From the human T2T-CHM13v2.0 reference genome, Homo sapiens: a stretch of 64,000 nt of DNA. The first letter of the stretch is position 1, and each line of letters starts with the position of its first letter. The stretch lies in NCBI RefSeq assembly GCF_009914755.1, contig NC_060925.1; one strand, written 5' to 3'. This document shows, one piece after another, positions 41,775 through 56,470 of this stretch. The notes beneath the pieces are model-generated. The model searched no databases and was not told the origin of the DNA. It saw nothing but the letters and a program-made list of their open reading frames with translations. Both the position numbers and the translations under genes were made by a program.

Positions 41775-44055
41775 TTAATGAACATATCCATTACTCATTG
41801 TGAAAGTTTCTTGTCTTGCCTTGGTAATCTCTCTCTCAAGCCCCTCCTCCCAACCCCCATGCCATCGCTCATTTGTTTTCTGTACTATAGATTAATTTAC
41901 ATTTTCTATAACTTAAATTAACATAGTCATAAAAATTCTCATTTTCCTCTCCTCTTTCATTCAGTATAATTATTTTAAGATTTATCAATGCTATTTTTTA
42001 ATAGTTCATTACTTTTGTTGTGGGTAGTTGTGAAACTTAGTTTTCTGGGTCAACATAACTTGGTCATAGGATGGTCAGATATCTGGTTAAAAATTGTTTC
42101 TGAGGGTGGTCGTGAGAATGTTTCCAAAAGATATTAGCAATTAAATGGGTGGGCTGAGTAAAGCAGATGGTTCTCACTCATTAGAGTGGGCTTCATTCGA
42201 TTTGTTGAGAGCCGAACTAGAACCAAAAGGTGGAAGAAAGTTGAATGAGCTGTGCCTGACCATTGAGCTGGGGCATTGATCTTCCACTGTACTTGGTGCT
42301 TATGGATCTCAGACCTGCAAATTGAGACTAGAATTTACACCATCAGGTTTCTAATTGTCAGGCCTTTGAACTGTATTACCAGTTTTCCTCAATCTCCAGC
42401 ATGAGAAAGACAAATCATGGGACTTCTCAGTCTCTTTAATCTCATAGCCAATACCTAATAGATCTCTTTATATGTATGTCTTCTTGGTTCCATTACACTA
42501 GACAACCCTGTGTAATGTAGTAGTATTCGATTATATGGATATACAAAATTTGTTTCTCCATTCAGCTGTTGATGGACATATGGATTGTTATGAGTTTTTA
42601 GCTACTTCGATAGGCTGTGGAAACTCATGCCTAAGTCTCAGTATGAACATATGCATTTATTACTTTTGGGTATATAGCTAGAAGTAAAAAAAAAAAACCT
42701 GCATCATTTGGAAATTTTATGATTAACTCTTTAAAAACCTGCCAAAGTAAGTTCCAAAATAATTGCAGCATTTACATTCCCACTAACTGTGTATGAAAGC
42801 TACAGTTGCTTCACATGCTTGCCAAAACTTCAGTCTTTTTAACTCTATCCATTATAATGAGTGTGTTACAGCATCTCATTATGTTTTATTTTGCATTTCC
42901 CAAAGACTAATTATATTGAGAATCTCTTCATGTGGTTGTCTTCTCTGTATCTTCTTAGTGAAATGTCTATGCAACTCTTCTGACAATCTTTTTTATTGTG
43001 TTGTTTTATATTCTCAAGAGTTCTTTATATATTCTAGATATGGGTCCCTTATCAGATATTTGATTTAAAATTATTTTCTTCCCACACGTGGCTTGTCTTT
43101 TCATTCTTTTAACAAAATGTTTTGAAAGCCAGAAGTCCATAAATTTGAAGTATAATTTAGCTTTTTTTTTTCTTTTATGGATCCTCATTTTGTTGTTATA
43201 TCAAATAAATCTTGATCTAACCTGAGGTCACCAATATTTCCATCTATGTTTCTAACTAAAGATTTATAAAACATTTGGAGCAATTTATTTTTACCTATGG
43301 TGCAAGAAATAGATTGATTTTTATTTCTGTTGGTTTTGGCATATGGATATTCAATTGCTTTAGCACCATTTATTGAAAAGGCTATCTTTCTCAACTGAAT
43401 TGGTTTTGCATCTTTGTCAAAAATCTATTGATCTAATATGTGTGTGCCTATTTTTGGATTCTGTATTATGTTTCATGGATCTATGTGTCCATTTTTAAAC
43501 AAATACTAAAATACTATATTGCCTCGATGATGCCTATTGAAATTAGTCCTCACGTTGTTCTTTTTCAAAGTTGCTTTGGGTATTCTAGCTTTTTAAAGCT
43601 TCTATAAAAGTTTTAGAATCAGTGTCATTTTTTGAAAAAAGACTAATGTGATTTTAGTTTTAATTGCACTCAATCTATAGATCAACTTTGAAATAATCAG
43701 AATTTTAAGATATTGAGACTTTTAATTCATGGACTGTATATTTCCCCACTTACTTAAATCTTTACTTTTGCTCAGAAGGGTTTTACTATTTTGGGATACA
43801 GGTTCTGCTTGCCTTAGATCTGTTTTTAAATATTTCATAGTATTGTGTTATTGTGATATTTTAAATTTTTAATTAAATTGATCATTGCTAAAATAAAGAA
43901 GTACAGTTGATTTTTATTTACTGATTGTGTATCTTGCTGTCTAACTCACTTATAAGTTCAATGAATGTTTTTGTAGATTCCAAAAGATTTTGTATATAAA
44001 TGATCATGCTGTCTCTAAAAAAAGAACAGTTTAACTTGTTTTGTTTTTGTTAAAT
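41400..44055 (-). mobile_element. Old L1M (MC/MD-like) 3' region, antisense, with nested insertions
   Basis: Antisense 3'UTR and ORF2 remnants (RKIAFSINGAKAIEYPYAK; QISDKGPISRIYKELL). Confidence 0.82.
42029..42519 (+). mobile_element. MLT2D-like (ERVL) solo LTR
   Basis: GGGCTGAGTAAAGCAGATG and AGAACCAAAAGGTGGA motifs; 5-bp TSD GTAGT at 42024-42028 and 42520-42524. Confidence 0.88.
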
Positions 44056-44103
44056 CTGTATCTATAAATAAAATGTATGTGAACTTAAATAGCCTTAAAG
44101 TTA

Positions 44104-45338
<1,235 letters not shown>

Positions 45339-45562
45339 AAAGATATACACTGTCAATTTTATAACAACCCTAAAATAAAAAAAAATCGAGTTAACAAGCC
45401 AAAAAAGAATGAATTGGAATTATTAAGAAAGATACAGTCAATCTAAAATAAGGCAGAAAATGTGGATAAGGAGAGTAAAGAACTGAAGAGGCAAGAGAAA
45501 ACAAGCAGAAAGACTACACACTTAAGCATATCAATGAAAATTTGAAACATAAATCATCTAAC

Positions 45563-45782
45563 CAGAGGTTCACTAACATTTTCTGAAAAGAGCCAAATAG
45601 TAAATATTTTTAGCTCTCTGAGCCATATGGATTGTGTTGCGACTATTCAACTCTGTCATTATAGCATAAAAGCAGCCATACAATATGTAAATGAATGGGC
45701 ATGGCTTTGTTCCAATAAAATGTTATTTATGAAAACAAGCCAAGCAATATTTGGCCCATGAATTATATTTTCCCAAGTGTTT
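45563..45782. mobile_element. MER58A hAT-Charlie fossil
   Basis: GCCAAATAGTAAATATTTT...AAAGCAGCCATACAATATGTAAATGAATGGGCATGGCTTTGTTCCAATAAAA. Confidence 0.88.
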
Positions 45783-47693
45783 TTCTGAACACTTTAATTA
45801 AAAGACAGAGCATTAAAAAATAAAAACAAGTATGACCTATATGCTGTCCACAAGATGCAAGCTTTAAATACAAACACACAAATAGGTTAAAAGGAAAGTG
45901 ATAAAAAATAGAAATATCAGAAAAAGTTTATTTCAGAGCAAATAATATTATCCAAGGCAGAAAAAAAGTCATTTCATAAGATAAAGTCATCAAAGAGACC
46001 CCTAAATTATAAATATTAATGGAATAATAACAGAATTTCAGAATATATGGGGAAAAAACCTTATCAAATAAAAGGAAAAATTAACAAATATTCAAATATA
46101 CTTGATGCTTTGAATAAATTGTTCTCAATAATTAATAGAATGATAGAAAGAAAAATCATGAAAGATATAGAATACTTGAACATTATCAACCAAATTTACC
46201 TATTTAACATTCATGGGACACATCATCCCACAACAGCAGAGTACATATTCAACTCAAAAGTACAGGGAAAGATATACCAAAATTTGAAATTTAAATTGTA
46301 TTTCAATACATTTTAAAATACTCAACTCAGACAATGTTCTCTGAATTAGAAATCAGTAACAGAAAGATTTCTAAAGGTCCTTCAAAATATTTGGAAACTA
46401 AAAATGACAATACTAAAAACCTCATGGATCAAAGAAGATATCAGATGGAAATTTGAAAGTATTTTGATCTGAATGACTATGAAAATACAACCTATCACTC
46501 TGAGAGAAATTTATAGCACTAAGTGCTATTATACCAAATGCTTAGAAAGGAAGTGAGGTCACAAGTTAGTGACCTCAGTGTCTACCTTAAAGTAACAGAA
46601 AAATAAAAGGAAACTTATTCTAAAGTGTGCAATACCAAGAAAATTATAATGATAACAGAGCAAATATTGTATAAAGAGAAAATAGAAAAACAATGCTAAA
46701 ATTAATGAAACCATAAACTGACGCTTTGAGAAGATGAATAAAATTGATAAAAACCTTAGCCAAACTTATAAGGAGAAAGAAAAGAAGACACACATTATCA
46801 GTCGTGTAAACACAACAGAGCCTACAGATATTTAAAAGATAAGAAAGAAATATTATAAATAAATTTGTAACAATATATTCAACAACTCAGATATCGTGGA
46901 CAAATTGTTTGAAATGCACTAATTGCAAAAGCTCGTTCAGGAATAAACAGATAAAAAGAATATCCCAATGTTCATTATATAACTGAGTTAAAAATCTTCC
47001 CATAAAGAAAATTCAAGATCCACATGGATTCACTGATGGCTGCTAGCAAATATTTAACAAGAAGTAATACCAATTCTAAACAAATCTTTCTGAAAAATTC
47101 AAGAAACATAATGCTTCCCAAGTCATTCTGAGACCACCGTTGCTCTGATACCAAAATCGTATAAAGTACTATGAGAAAACTATAAACAATAACCACAATA
47201 AACATAGATGCAAAAAAACATTTAAAAATTCTATCAACTGTAGTCAAACAATAATAAAAGGATAAAATATATGACCAGGTCATACTTAAGAATATAAGGT
47301 TGATTTCACATTCAAAAATCAAAATTCTAATCTGCCATATTAACAAGGACACACACACACACATACACAGCCCTATGATTGTCTCAATAGATGCAGAAAA
47401 AATCATTTGACAGAATCTAATATTCATTCTTGATTTAAAACAAACAAAAATTAAAATAAAAAGCTCTTAGAAAACTAAGAATAAAAGATAACTTAATAAT
47501 GGGGACCTACCAATAACCTAAAACTGGCATCATACTTAATGTTATGAGACAAGGACGTCTGTTCTCAGTCCTCCTATATAGCACTGTACTGAAGTTTCTA
47601 ACCAATAAAATAAGGCATGAATAACTCCCATGATATTTAAAAATTAGTAAAATTTTATTTGCAGGAGGCATTAATATATATGTACAAAAAAAA

Positions 47694-48221
47694 TGTAGAA
47701 GGATAGGTCCTCAGATGACCTTGGCTGACCCAGTTTTTCCTCTATCGCTTGCAATTCCAGGTTAAGGTACCAAAAATGCAACATCCTGAAATAAGGAGGT
47801 GTTCAAACAATCCAGGTGGCGTCTTCATTACTTGGGGACCAGATGTGCTGTGACAATTGTGCTCAGTGATTGAAGTGACACCCAGGTCATATATACCCAG
47901 GGTGGAGGGGTTCTGGGGTCCTTCATTTGAAGTGTGATATGGGACAAGAGCAGAGGAGACTCCATCCACCCTAGCCAGCTTTCCTGAGACTTGAGGACCA
48001 ACTTGACATGAATCCTAGGCTTCTGCTTATCTTTGATGCCTCACTGTGAGTAGTAGACCTGCTTTATGTAACTTGTGTGATTGTTTTGTCTCATCAGATT
48101 TATGCAATTGGGAGAGATACTGGGGTTCCTCTTTGGCTCCTCTCTACTGTCTTCATTATGTTAGAATGACTGCAGCAGCCAGGTCTACTCTAAGCCCCCA
48201 CTAAACTTATGAACCTTTGCA
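47694..48221 (+). mobile_element. Solo LTR (MER70-like ERVL, tentative) nested in L1M
   Basis: TG...CA-bounded GC-richer block interrupting L1; GACCTTGGCTGACCCAG and AATGCAACATCCTGA motifs. Confidence 0.68.
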
Positions 48222-49675
48222 AGAAGCTACTGGGATAAGTGACTTTTGCAAAATTTCAAGATATGACATCAATATACAAATATCAATTATACTATATCTT
48301 TAACAATAAATAGCAAGAAAATTGATTTAAAAGTAATATTTTCATAGAATAAAAATAGAATTTGCTTTGAGACAGATATAACAGAATATACGCAAGATCT
48401 GCACATTTAAAACTATGAAAAATTGCTGACAGTATTTAAAGATCTAAATAAATAGTGAGATTTTACCATGGCACAGCTTGCAAGCACCCAATAATAAGAT
48501 ACTAATTTTCCCCACATTTATCAATAGATTCAGAACAATTCCAATCAAAACCTCATCAGAATTTTTTTATAGAAATTAATGCTTCCATTCTAAAATTCAT
48601 ATGGAAATGTTAAGTATCTTGAATAATTGAAATATCTTGGGGAAAAGTAACCAAATTGTAGGCTAGCAGTACCTAATTTCAGGACCCAGAAAGCAATACT
48701 CAGTAAGAGGATATAGTTTTGACTTAAACATAGACGAGTAGGTCAAAGGAATAGAATAGAGAATCCATAAATAGGCCCGTATATATATGGACAACTTATT
48801 TTTGAAAATGTTGTAAGGGCAATTCAGTAGGAAAAGGTAATTATTCTCCACAAATGGTGCTGGAACAACTAAAAGTCTGTATATATAAAAAGAACTGAAA
48901 TTTGTACCTTCCACTATATATAAAAATTAACTCTAAATGCATCATAGTTGTAAATGCCAAAGCTAAAACTATAAAACTTGTGAGATAAAATTGTAAAAGG
49001 AGCATATTTTACCTTGATTTATGCAAAGATTCCTTACATATAGCAGCAAAAGCATAGTTCATTATAGAAAACATTGATGAAATGAACTTTCTCAACATAA
49101 AAACTTCTTCTTTTACAAAGTAAACAAAAAGATGAGCCAGAGACTGGAAGGAAATACTTGCTAAGCATATTTTCTGTATCCAGAATATATAGGCAAACTC
49201 TCAAAACTCACCAAAAAATTTTTTGAAAATGGCCATTGAATTTGAAAAGACACTTTAAAAAAGATTAATAATAGCAAAAAGCACATGAAAAGATATTCGG
49301 TATCATTAGTCATTAGGAAAATGCAAATTAAAACCACGATGAGATACAAGTTCACACAATTGGAATGGATACAATTAAAAACATTGATCATTCCAAGTAT
49401 TGGCAGTGCTGCAGAGAAGCTGAAACTCTCATATCCTACTGGTGAGAATGTAAAATGCAACAACTAGGTTGGAAAATAGTTTGGCAGTTTCCTAAAGTTA
49501 AACCTACACATGCTATATTATTTGGCCATTCTGCTCTTAAATGTTTACCTCTAAGGAAAGAAAGCTTATGTGAACTGTGCACATATATTCATGGTAGCAT
49601 TATTTTTAGTAACTGAAATCCAGAAAAACAATGCAAATATTAATCAACAGGTAAATGGATAAACAAATGGTGATA

Positions 49676-50204
49676 CAGTCAATTCTTGTTATTTTTGTAC
49701 TCCATATCTATGAATCTGGCTATGGGCTAATTATTTGTAACCCCAAAGTCAATACTTGCAGAGCTTTCGTGGGCATTTGTGTGTACGTGCATGCACAGAA
49801 CTGTGAAAAATTTGAGTCACCCACCAAACACTTTCTCATTGAAGGCAGATGATGCTCTTTCTTCTTGTTTCAACTTTCATGTTGTCTCCTTTTAGCAGTA
49901 TATTTAACATATACTAAACAGCAGTTTAGTGATGTGCCTCATAAAGTTGATACGCTTATTAAATAAGCATCATTCAGGCATGAGTGATAGTGCTATTGGC
50001 CAGGAGTTCAGTGTTAGTAAATCAACAATATGTATTTAATAAGGTGTCCATAAACATAAACCCACATAAAACAGGTTTATGTATTGATTTGGTTGAGGTA
50101 AATATTGAAACCAAAAGCTGGCAGAAAATGATTCAGGATTTAATTATTCCTTGTTTATGGGAATTTTACAGAAAATAACTAACTTCAAAAATGGGAATCC
50201 ACTG
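49676..50204. mobile_element. MER82 TcMar-Tigger fossil
   Basis: CAGT...ACTG termini with TA TSDs; TTTGTAACCCCAAAGTCAATACT and GAAAAATTTGAGTCACCC motifs. Confidence 0.85.
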
Positions 50205-52029
50205 TATACTCATACAATGGAATACAACTTAGCAATAAACCAGAATGAATTCTACACATAATATAAACCTCCTAATAATTACACTGAGAGAACGAAGTCA
50301 GGGGAAAATAAGTATATTTTATGATTCTATTTATATAAAACCCCAGAAAATGCAAACAAATTGTGACGAAGCAGGTAAATAGTTGCCTGTGGAAAAAGTG
50401 GGGGTGGGAAAAGAAGAAAGAGCTATATAAAGCGGTGATGAAAATATTGCTATCTTGATTTGGATGATGGTTTTATAGATATAAACATGCATAAAAGTGG
50501 CAAATGTTATGTTTTAAATACGTAAATATATATATACATCAATTTTTCTTCCAAAAACTTTTCTAAATATAGATTGTTAACAATGGCATTATGTAGTAAC
50601 AAGAAAGAGAATTATGTAACTATATAAAGCCTATAAGATAAAAAGTTGAGGATGTCTGTATAATATGTGAATGTAATACACTAAGAATAAAATTTCTAAC
50701 TCTTGTTGGAGTACATTCTTTTGTGCTTAATTATTACCAGTTTTTAATTTTGTTTCCCTCTTTTTAGTGTCCTGTCATATTATCAATTCTTCTTTGTTTC
50801 TTAGATGTCCCCACTGAAGCATAGAATGTTCTTAAGCTTAAAATAATTTCTTCATAATTCATCATTATGATGCTTATACTAATTTGTTAATTTTCATGAA
50901 AAATTGCAATGTTAGCCACTATGATTATAGCATACAGAGTTAAATTCCATTGTTAGACAAGAAAATTAATAAAATCTTTATGCATGCTTTTTCTCTTATA
51001 TTTCTGATCGTAATAAATAGCAATAATGACTTTTATTTTCTTAAAAACACCACAGAGATGCTATTTAATAGTATATTTCACCTCTCTTAAATGTTATTGG
51101 GTTGGTAGTTAAATATCACATGTTGTTTAAATGTCAATAAAAGGGCTATTTGATTGATTACCAGTTATAACAAACTAATTCTATGATGATTCTTTAATAA
51201 GAATATATTTAGACACTAATGTGTCATTTTATTATTATATATTAATCATTATTATACGGCTCGTGTTTGTTTGACTGTATATTTTTAAATGAAGAAAAAT
51301 GTAACCAAATTATAAATTAGGAAGTATAACATATTTAGTGTACTTTTTGTCAGCAAGTGAACTACAACTACATAAAAATGATTTTTACATTATCATAAAT
51401 ACAACTTTATTGTTTTTCTTGGTGAAAAGTCAAAAAATATCTAATGGTGGTTTCTCAAAGAATTGATCACATTTGCCATTAAAATCAATGTGGTTTATGC
51501 CATTAATAATTAAAATAAAATAACAAAGTTACTCAAAAAGTATAAACTACTGATTCAGAATTTTGATTCAGCTTTTTGCATGCATATTCTTTTTAATTTT
51601 ATTTACTGAGGAAATTTTTCTAATATAAACCCTTAGCCTTCCTTATGATGTTTTACCTTTTTGAACTATTTTTCGCTAAATCCAGTTTACAATTTATAGT
51701 ATTTATATTCTGATTGGAATGGTTGCAAAGTTTTTCTACTAGTAGAAACATACAACACTCTTTACTAATTCATGAATAATGAAGAGATTAATGCACCATT
51801 TTAAAAAACAAATTATGATAATTCAATTCAGCAATATATTGATTCTAGGGAGGCCTATATATAATTTCTGGATTTGATCTATGGTATATAAATTAGTGAA
51901 CGTGTTGATTAACTTAAGCATAAGGGTAATAATCATTTTGCTATTGTCTGTTGGGTCATTTAATTCTTACTTAGCTTAAGAAGGTAACCTCATTTTCATC
52001 TAATCTTTTGAAAATACTTTAAAGCAATT

Positions 52030-53745
52030 TAAGATTCAATGCAATTCTTATTAGAATACCAAAAACATTCTTCACAGAAATTTTTTTTAAATCCAAAATT
52101 TAAATGAAACCACAATGACCCTTAATAGCCAAAACAATCCTGAGCAAAAGAACAAAGCTGGAGCTATCATAATACTTTCTGACTTCAAAATTTACTACAA
52201 AATAACAGTAATCAAATTAGCATGATACTGGCATAAAAACAGATACATACACCAATGGAACAAAAAAGAAAGCCCAGATTTAAACTCATGCATTTATAGC
52301 CAACTTGATTTCAACAAATGTGCCAAGAACTTACGATGGGGAAAGGACAGTTTCTTCCATAAATGATGCTTGGAAAACTGAATAACTATGCAGAAGAATG
52401 AAACTGGAACCCTATCTCTCGCCATACACAAAAATCAAATGGAAAATAGATTAAAGGTCTAAATATGAGACCTGAAAATGTAAAACTACTGGAAGGAAAC
52501 ATTGCAGAAATCCTTCAGGACATTGGGCAAATAAATTTTGTGTAAGGACTCAAAAGCACAGGTAAATAACACAAAAGTAGACTAAGAGAATTATATCAAG
52601 CTAAAAAGCTTCTACATAGAAAAAAAATCAACTAAGTAAAGAGAGAACCCACAGAATGGAATAAAATAGTTGCAAACTACCCATCTGACAAGGGATTTGT
52701 AACCAGAATCCATAAGGAGATCAAACAAGGCAATAGCAAAAACACCAAATAATCTGATTAAAATGCAGGCAAAATACCTGAATAGACATTTCTCAAAAGA
52801 AGCCATACCAATGGTCAGCAAGTATATGAAAATAAATTGTTCAACACCTCCAACCATTAGAGAAATGCAAATCAAAACTATACTGAGATATATATAATCT
52901 AACCGTAGTCAATATGATTTTTATTAAAAAGATAGGAAATAACAGCTCTGGCAAGGATGTGGAGACAGGAGAACCCTCACACACTGTTGGTGAGAATGGA
53001 AATGAGTAGAACCACTGTAGAGAACTGTATGGCAATTCCTCAAAAAACTAAAAATAAAACTACCATATGATTCATCAGTTTGTATGGTAGTTCCACTAAG
53101 TATATATCCAAAAAAATGAATCAATATATAAAAAAGATACCTGCACTCCCATGTTTATTGTGGCACTAGTCACAATACCTAAAATAGGGAATCAATCTAA
53201 GTGCCCATTAATGGATGAATAGATTAAAAAAACTTTGTTATATATAAACAATGAAATATTATTCAGGTATAAAAAAGAATGAAATCTTATCATCTGCAGC
53301 AACAAGGATGGAACTGGAGGTCATTATGTTAAGTGGATTAAGCCAAGCACAGAAAGGCAAATATTGCGTTCTCACTCATACATGGAAGCTCAAAAACATA
53401 GGTCTCATAGAGGTAGAGAATAGACGGTGATTACAGGAGACCAGGAAAGGTAGGGCAGGGTGTATGAAGAGAGATTGATTAATGAATATAAAAATATTGC
53501 TTGATGGAGGAAATGAAATCTAGTGTTGTATAGATTAGTAGAGTGACTATAGTTTATTATAATCTATTGTATATTTCAAAATAGCTATAAGAATTTTAGT
53601 TTCTAATGTTGAAAAAGACAAATATTTAAGATGATGGATATCCTAAGTACACTGATTTGACCTTTACAAATTATAAGAATGTATTTAATTATCACATGCA
53701 CCCTGAAACTATGTACATCTATTATGCATCAATGTAAAAAAAAAA
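52030..53745 (+). mobile_element. L1MA4/5-like 5'-truncated LINE-1
   Basis: ORF2 3' remnant plus L1MA 3'UTR ending ATGTACATCTATTATGCATCAAT and A tail. Confidence 0.9.
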
Positions 53746-53767
53746 TAGTGTTCTTAATAGGCCAAAG

Positions 53768-54344
53768 TGAAACCGTTCTTATAAACTTTATAAAATTAAT
53801 CAGGGAAGAAGAGACGTGGAGAAATAAACCAAGTTTAAAGCATATTCAGGATTAATCATTAGGTCAGCTTGCTCTCTGACCTGCTTCCTCACAGTTGTTT
53901 GATGGTTGTTGTTCTAGAATCCCATAGATTCAAGATTATAGTTCCTCTTTACTACTCTATAGATAATTTGAATATTATGAAACACTTTATTCCCTTTGGG
54001 ATATTCTTTCATGTCCTGCATACTGATGAATCTATTGACGTCAACTGGTCTGAAGAACTCCCACCAGGAGGTGACTCACCAAGGAATGCAGTTTTCTCAT
54101 TCTGAAAGTTTCATCCGCCTTACCTTAATCAGTCAACAATCCCAATTTTCAGCCCGTCACCCTCTATGATCCTCTGAAAAATCCCAGCCCAGAAATCCGT
54201 GGGGAGATAGATTTGAATGTTTCTTCCCATCTCCTTACCTGGTGACCTATGATCATTAAACTCTTTCTCTGCTGCAAACCCTGCCATCTTAGTATATTGT
54301 ATGTTACTGTGCAGTGGCCATATAAACCTGTTGGTCCTATAACA
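53768..54344 (+). mobile_element. ERV1 solo LTR (LTR26-like)
   Basis: TGAAACCG...TATAACA termini, ATTAAA poly(A) signal at ~54255, 4-bp TSD AAAG at 53764-53767 and 54345-54348. Confidence 0.85.
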
Positions 54345-54479
54345 AAAGTTATACAATGTAACTTTGATATAGACTAAAAAATGGGTGGTAATCATTTTAT
54401 AAAAAGCCTATTTGATGAAAGGGGAAAAGCTTTTTCAAATATTATCAAATTTTGTGATTTCTGCAAAAATGAATATTAT

Positions 54480-54960
54480 TGTGATTGTATTGTTTATTGC
54501 CTAACCTATTACATATCCACTACTCCTTCTTGCTTTTTACACTCTCTAGACTAGAAAGGCTATATAATAATTTTTCCCACTTCTGAGGTGTATCATGTGA
54601 CACATATCTGATCAATAAAATGCAAACAGAAGGCTACTGAAAACTTTTGAGGAGGGTTTTGCATTTTTTAAACTAGAAGCTGATGCAGTTGGTACCAGTG
54701 AAGCCTGTCCTCTTGTTTTAAACTCACACATGAAACCTAGAGCTGCTACAACCTTCATGCCATTAAGATGGAAAGGAAGAGAGAAATACAAGATTCTGGG
54801 ACCAGTATCACTGGGCTTTTAAACTAAAGTCACAAGATGCCTACTTCCTTATTTCATCATCTGTAAAAAATGCTGACTCCTATTTGTTTAAGTAACTGTG
54901 AGTTAGGATTGATTCTAATTGATGTATATGTTGTTACAGCTAGCTAAATGTATTTTTAAC
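54480..54960 (+). mobile_element. Old MLT1 (J/K/L-like) MaLR LTR
   Basis: CATGTGACACATATCTGATCAATAAAATGCAAACAGAAG and CCTATTTGTTTAAG motifs. Confidence 0.62.
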
Positions 54961-55295
54961 AGGTGTGTGTTTTTGTTTGGTTGGTTGTTTGTTTCAAGTT
55001 GTCCCTTTCAATGAGCATTCTTTAAAAAAAATTACGTGACAGTATGGTTAGATTTATGCTGTTTGTAAAAAGCAGAAAAGATTGATTTTCTACTAAAATT
55101 CATAACATAAAAAGAGCAATCAGGTTAACTAAGGTCAGCAGAATTAGTGTTACCAGAATAATTCCACATGCTATCAGAAATGTATAAGCTAATAAAATAA
55201 AGTCTCATTTTATGTAACAAGCACTAATTTGGTGTTATGTCATAGATATATAAGGAACATATGACCATACTAAAATTTTTCTTTAAAACAGAAAG

Positions 55296-55582
55296 CTCAT
55301 GCCTATAATCCCAGCATTTTGGGAGGCCGAGGCGGTGGAGCACAAGGTCAGGAGTTCGAGACCAGCCTGATCAACATGGTGAGACCCCCGTCTCTACTAA
55401 AAATACAAAAATTAGCCTGGCATGGTGGTGGGTGCCTGTAATCCCAGCTACTCAGGAAGCTGAGGAGGAGAATCACTTGAACCTGGGAGGTGGAGGTTGC
55501 AGTGAGCCAAGACTACACCACTGTACTCCAGCCTGGGCAAAAGAGTGAGACTCCATCTCAAAAACAAAACAAAAAACAAAAA
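55296..55582 (+). mobile_element. AluS (Sg-like), slightly 5'-truncated
   Basis: Alu dimer with GGTCAGGAGTTCGAGACCAGCCTG; TSD AAAACAGAAAG on both sides. Confidence 0.93.
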
Positions 55583-55774
55583 AAAACAGAAAGGCAAATA
55601 TTTTATAGTTATGTAATTATATGTATAAGTTGATACATGTCGTTTCCCATTCAATTTTTGCTTCACTTCATAATGATTATTGTAATAAGCCAAATCTCTA
55701 CTCTAAAAATTTTATTTCACAGGCTTACAAAGGTAAATTTTTTAAATAAATGAAAAAACAAATACATAAAATGA

Positions 55775-56010
55775 TAATAACTGAAATTTATTATGTGCTT
55801 TTTATGTTCTGGATGCTTGAGCAAATGATATATACGTATATATAAATCACTTAAAAACGTATGAGTTAAGTACCAATATTATCTCCATTTTATAGATGAA
55901 GGAACCAAAACACAAAGAGATAAAGTAACTTGCCCAAGTTCATACTGTGTTAAGTCCTGGAGTTAAATTTAAACTCAGTCATTTCATCTCCAGAGCCTGT
56001 TAGCTTATCT
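55775..56010 (-). mobile_element. MIR SINE
   Basis: ATTATCTCCATTTTATAGATGAAGGAACC...AAGTAACTTGCCCAAG. Confidence 0.85.
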
Positions 56011-56330
56011 TCTCCACAATGTTTAATTTCTTCTTTGTGCATAGGTGGGATATTTGTGGTAGAGGAATTACTCATAGTCCTAGCACAGTCTTGAAAGACA
56101 GAATGCTTGGAAATTTTGAAAATAGAAACAGTTGGGGGTTCAAAAGAACTTGCCTTCGCCAATGGACTATTAGAATTGGCAACTGACCTTCTCTGTTAAT
56201 GTACAAAAAGGTCTGAGAAAATTATGTAGAATGAATAAATTCTTGTTAGCATTTATCTCTATTAATTCAAGAAAGCTTTTTGTAGTTTCTTAGTGACTTC
56301 CTAAGGGACACAGTCAATTAGAATTTAATA

Positions 56331-56470
56331 TTTTCTCCCTCCTTTCCTTCTTTACTCTTCCTTTCCCTCTCTTCTTTCTCTTCCTCCCTTCCTTTTTTCC
56401 TTTCTTCCTTTCTTCTTTTTTCCCCTCTTTCTCTCCACTCTTCTTTCTCTTATTCCTTTTTTTCTTTCCA
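56331..56470. repeat. CT-rich polypyrimidine low-complexity tract
   Basis: Direct read. Confidence 0.9.

Larger units (their letters stand above)
45352..50560 (+). mobile_element. Old L1M (MC/MD/ME-like) ORF2 through 3'UTR, heavily degraded; begins ~44060, upstream of the L1PA insertion
   Basis: Colinear ORF2 remnants: [40 protein letters not shown]. Confidence 0.82.
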
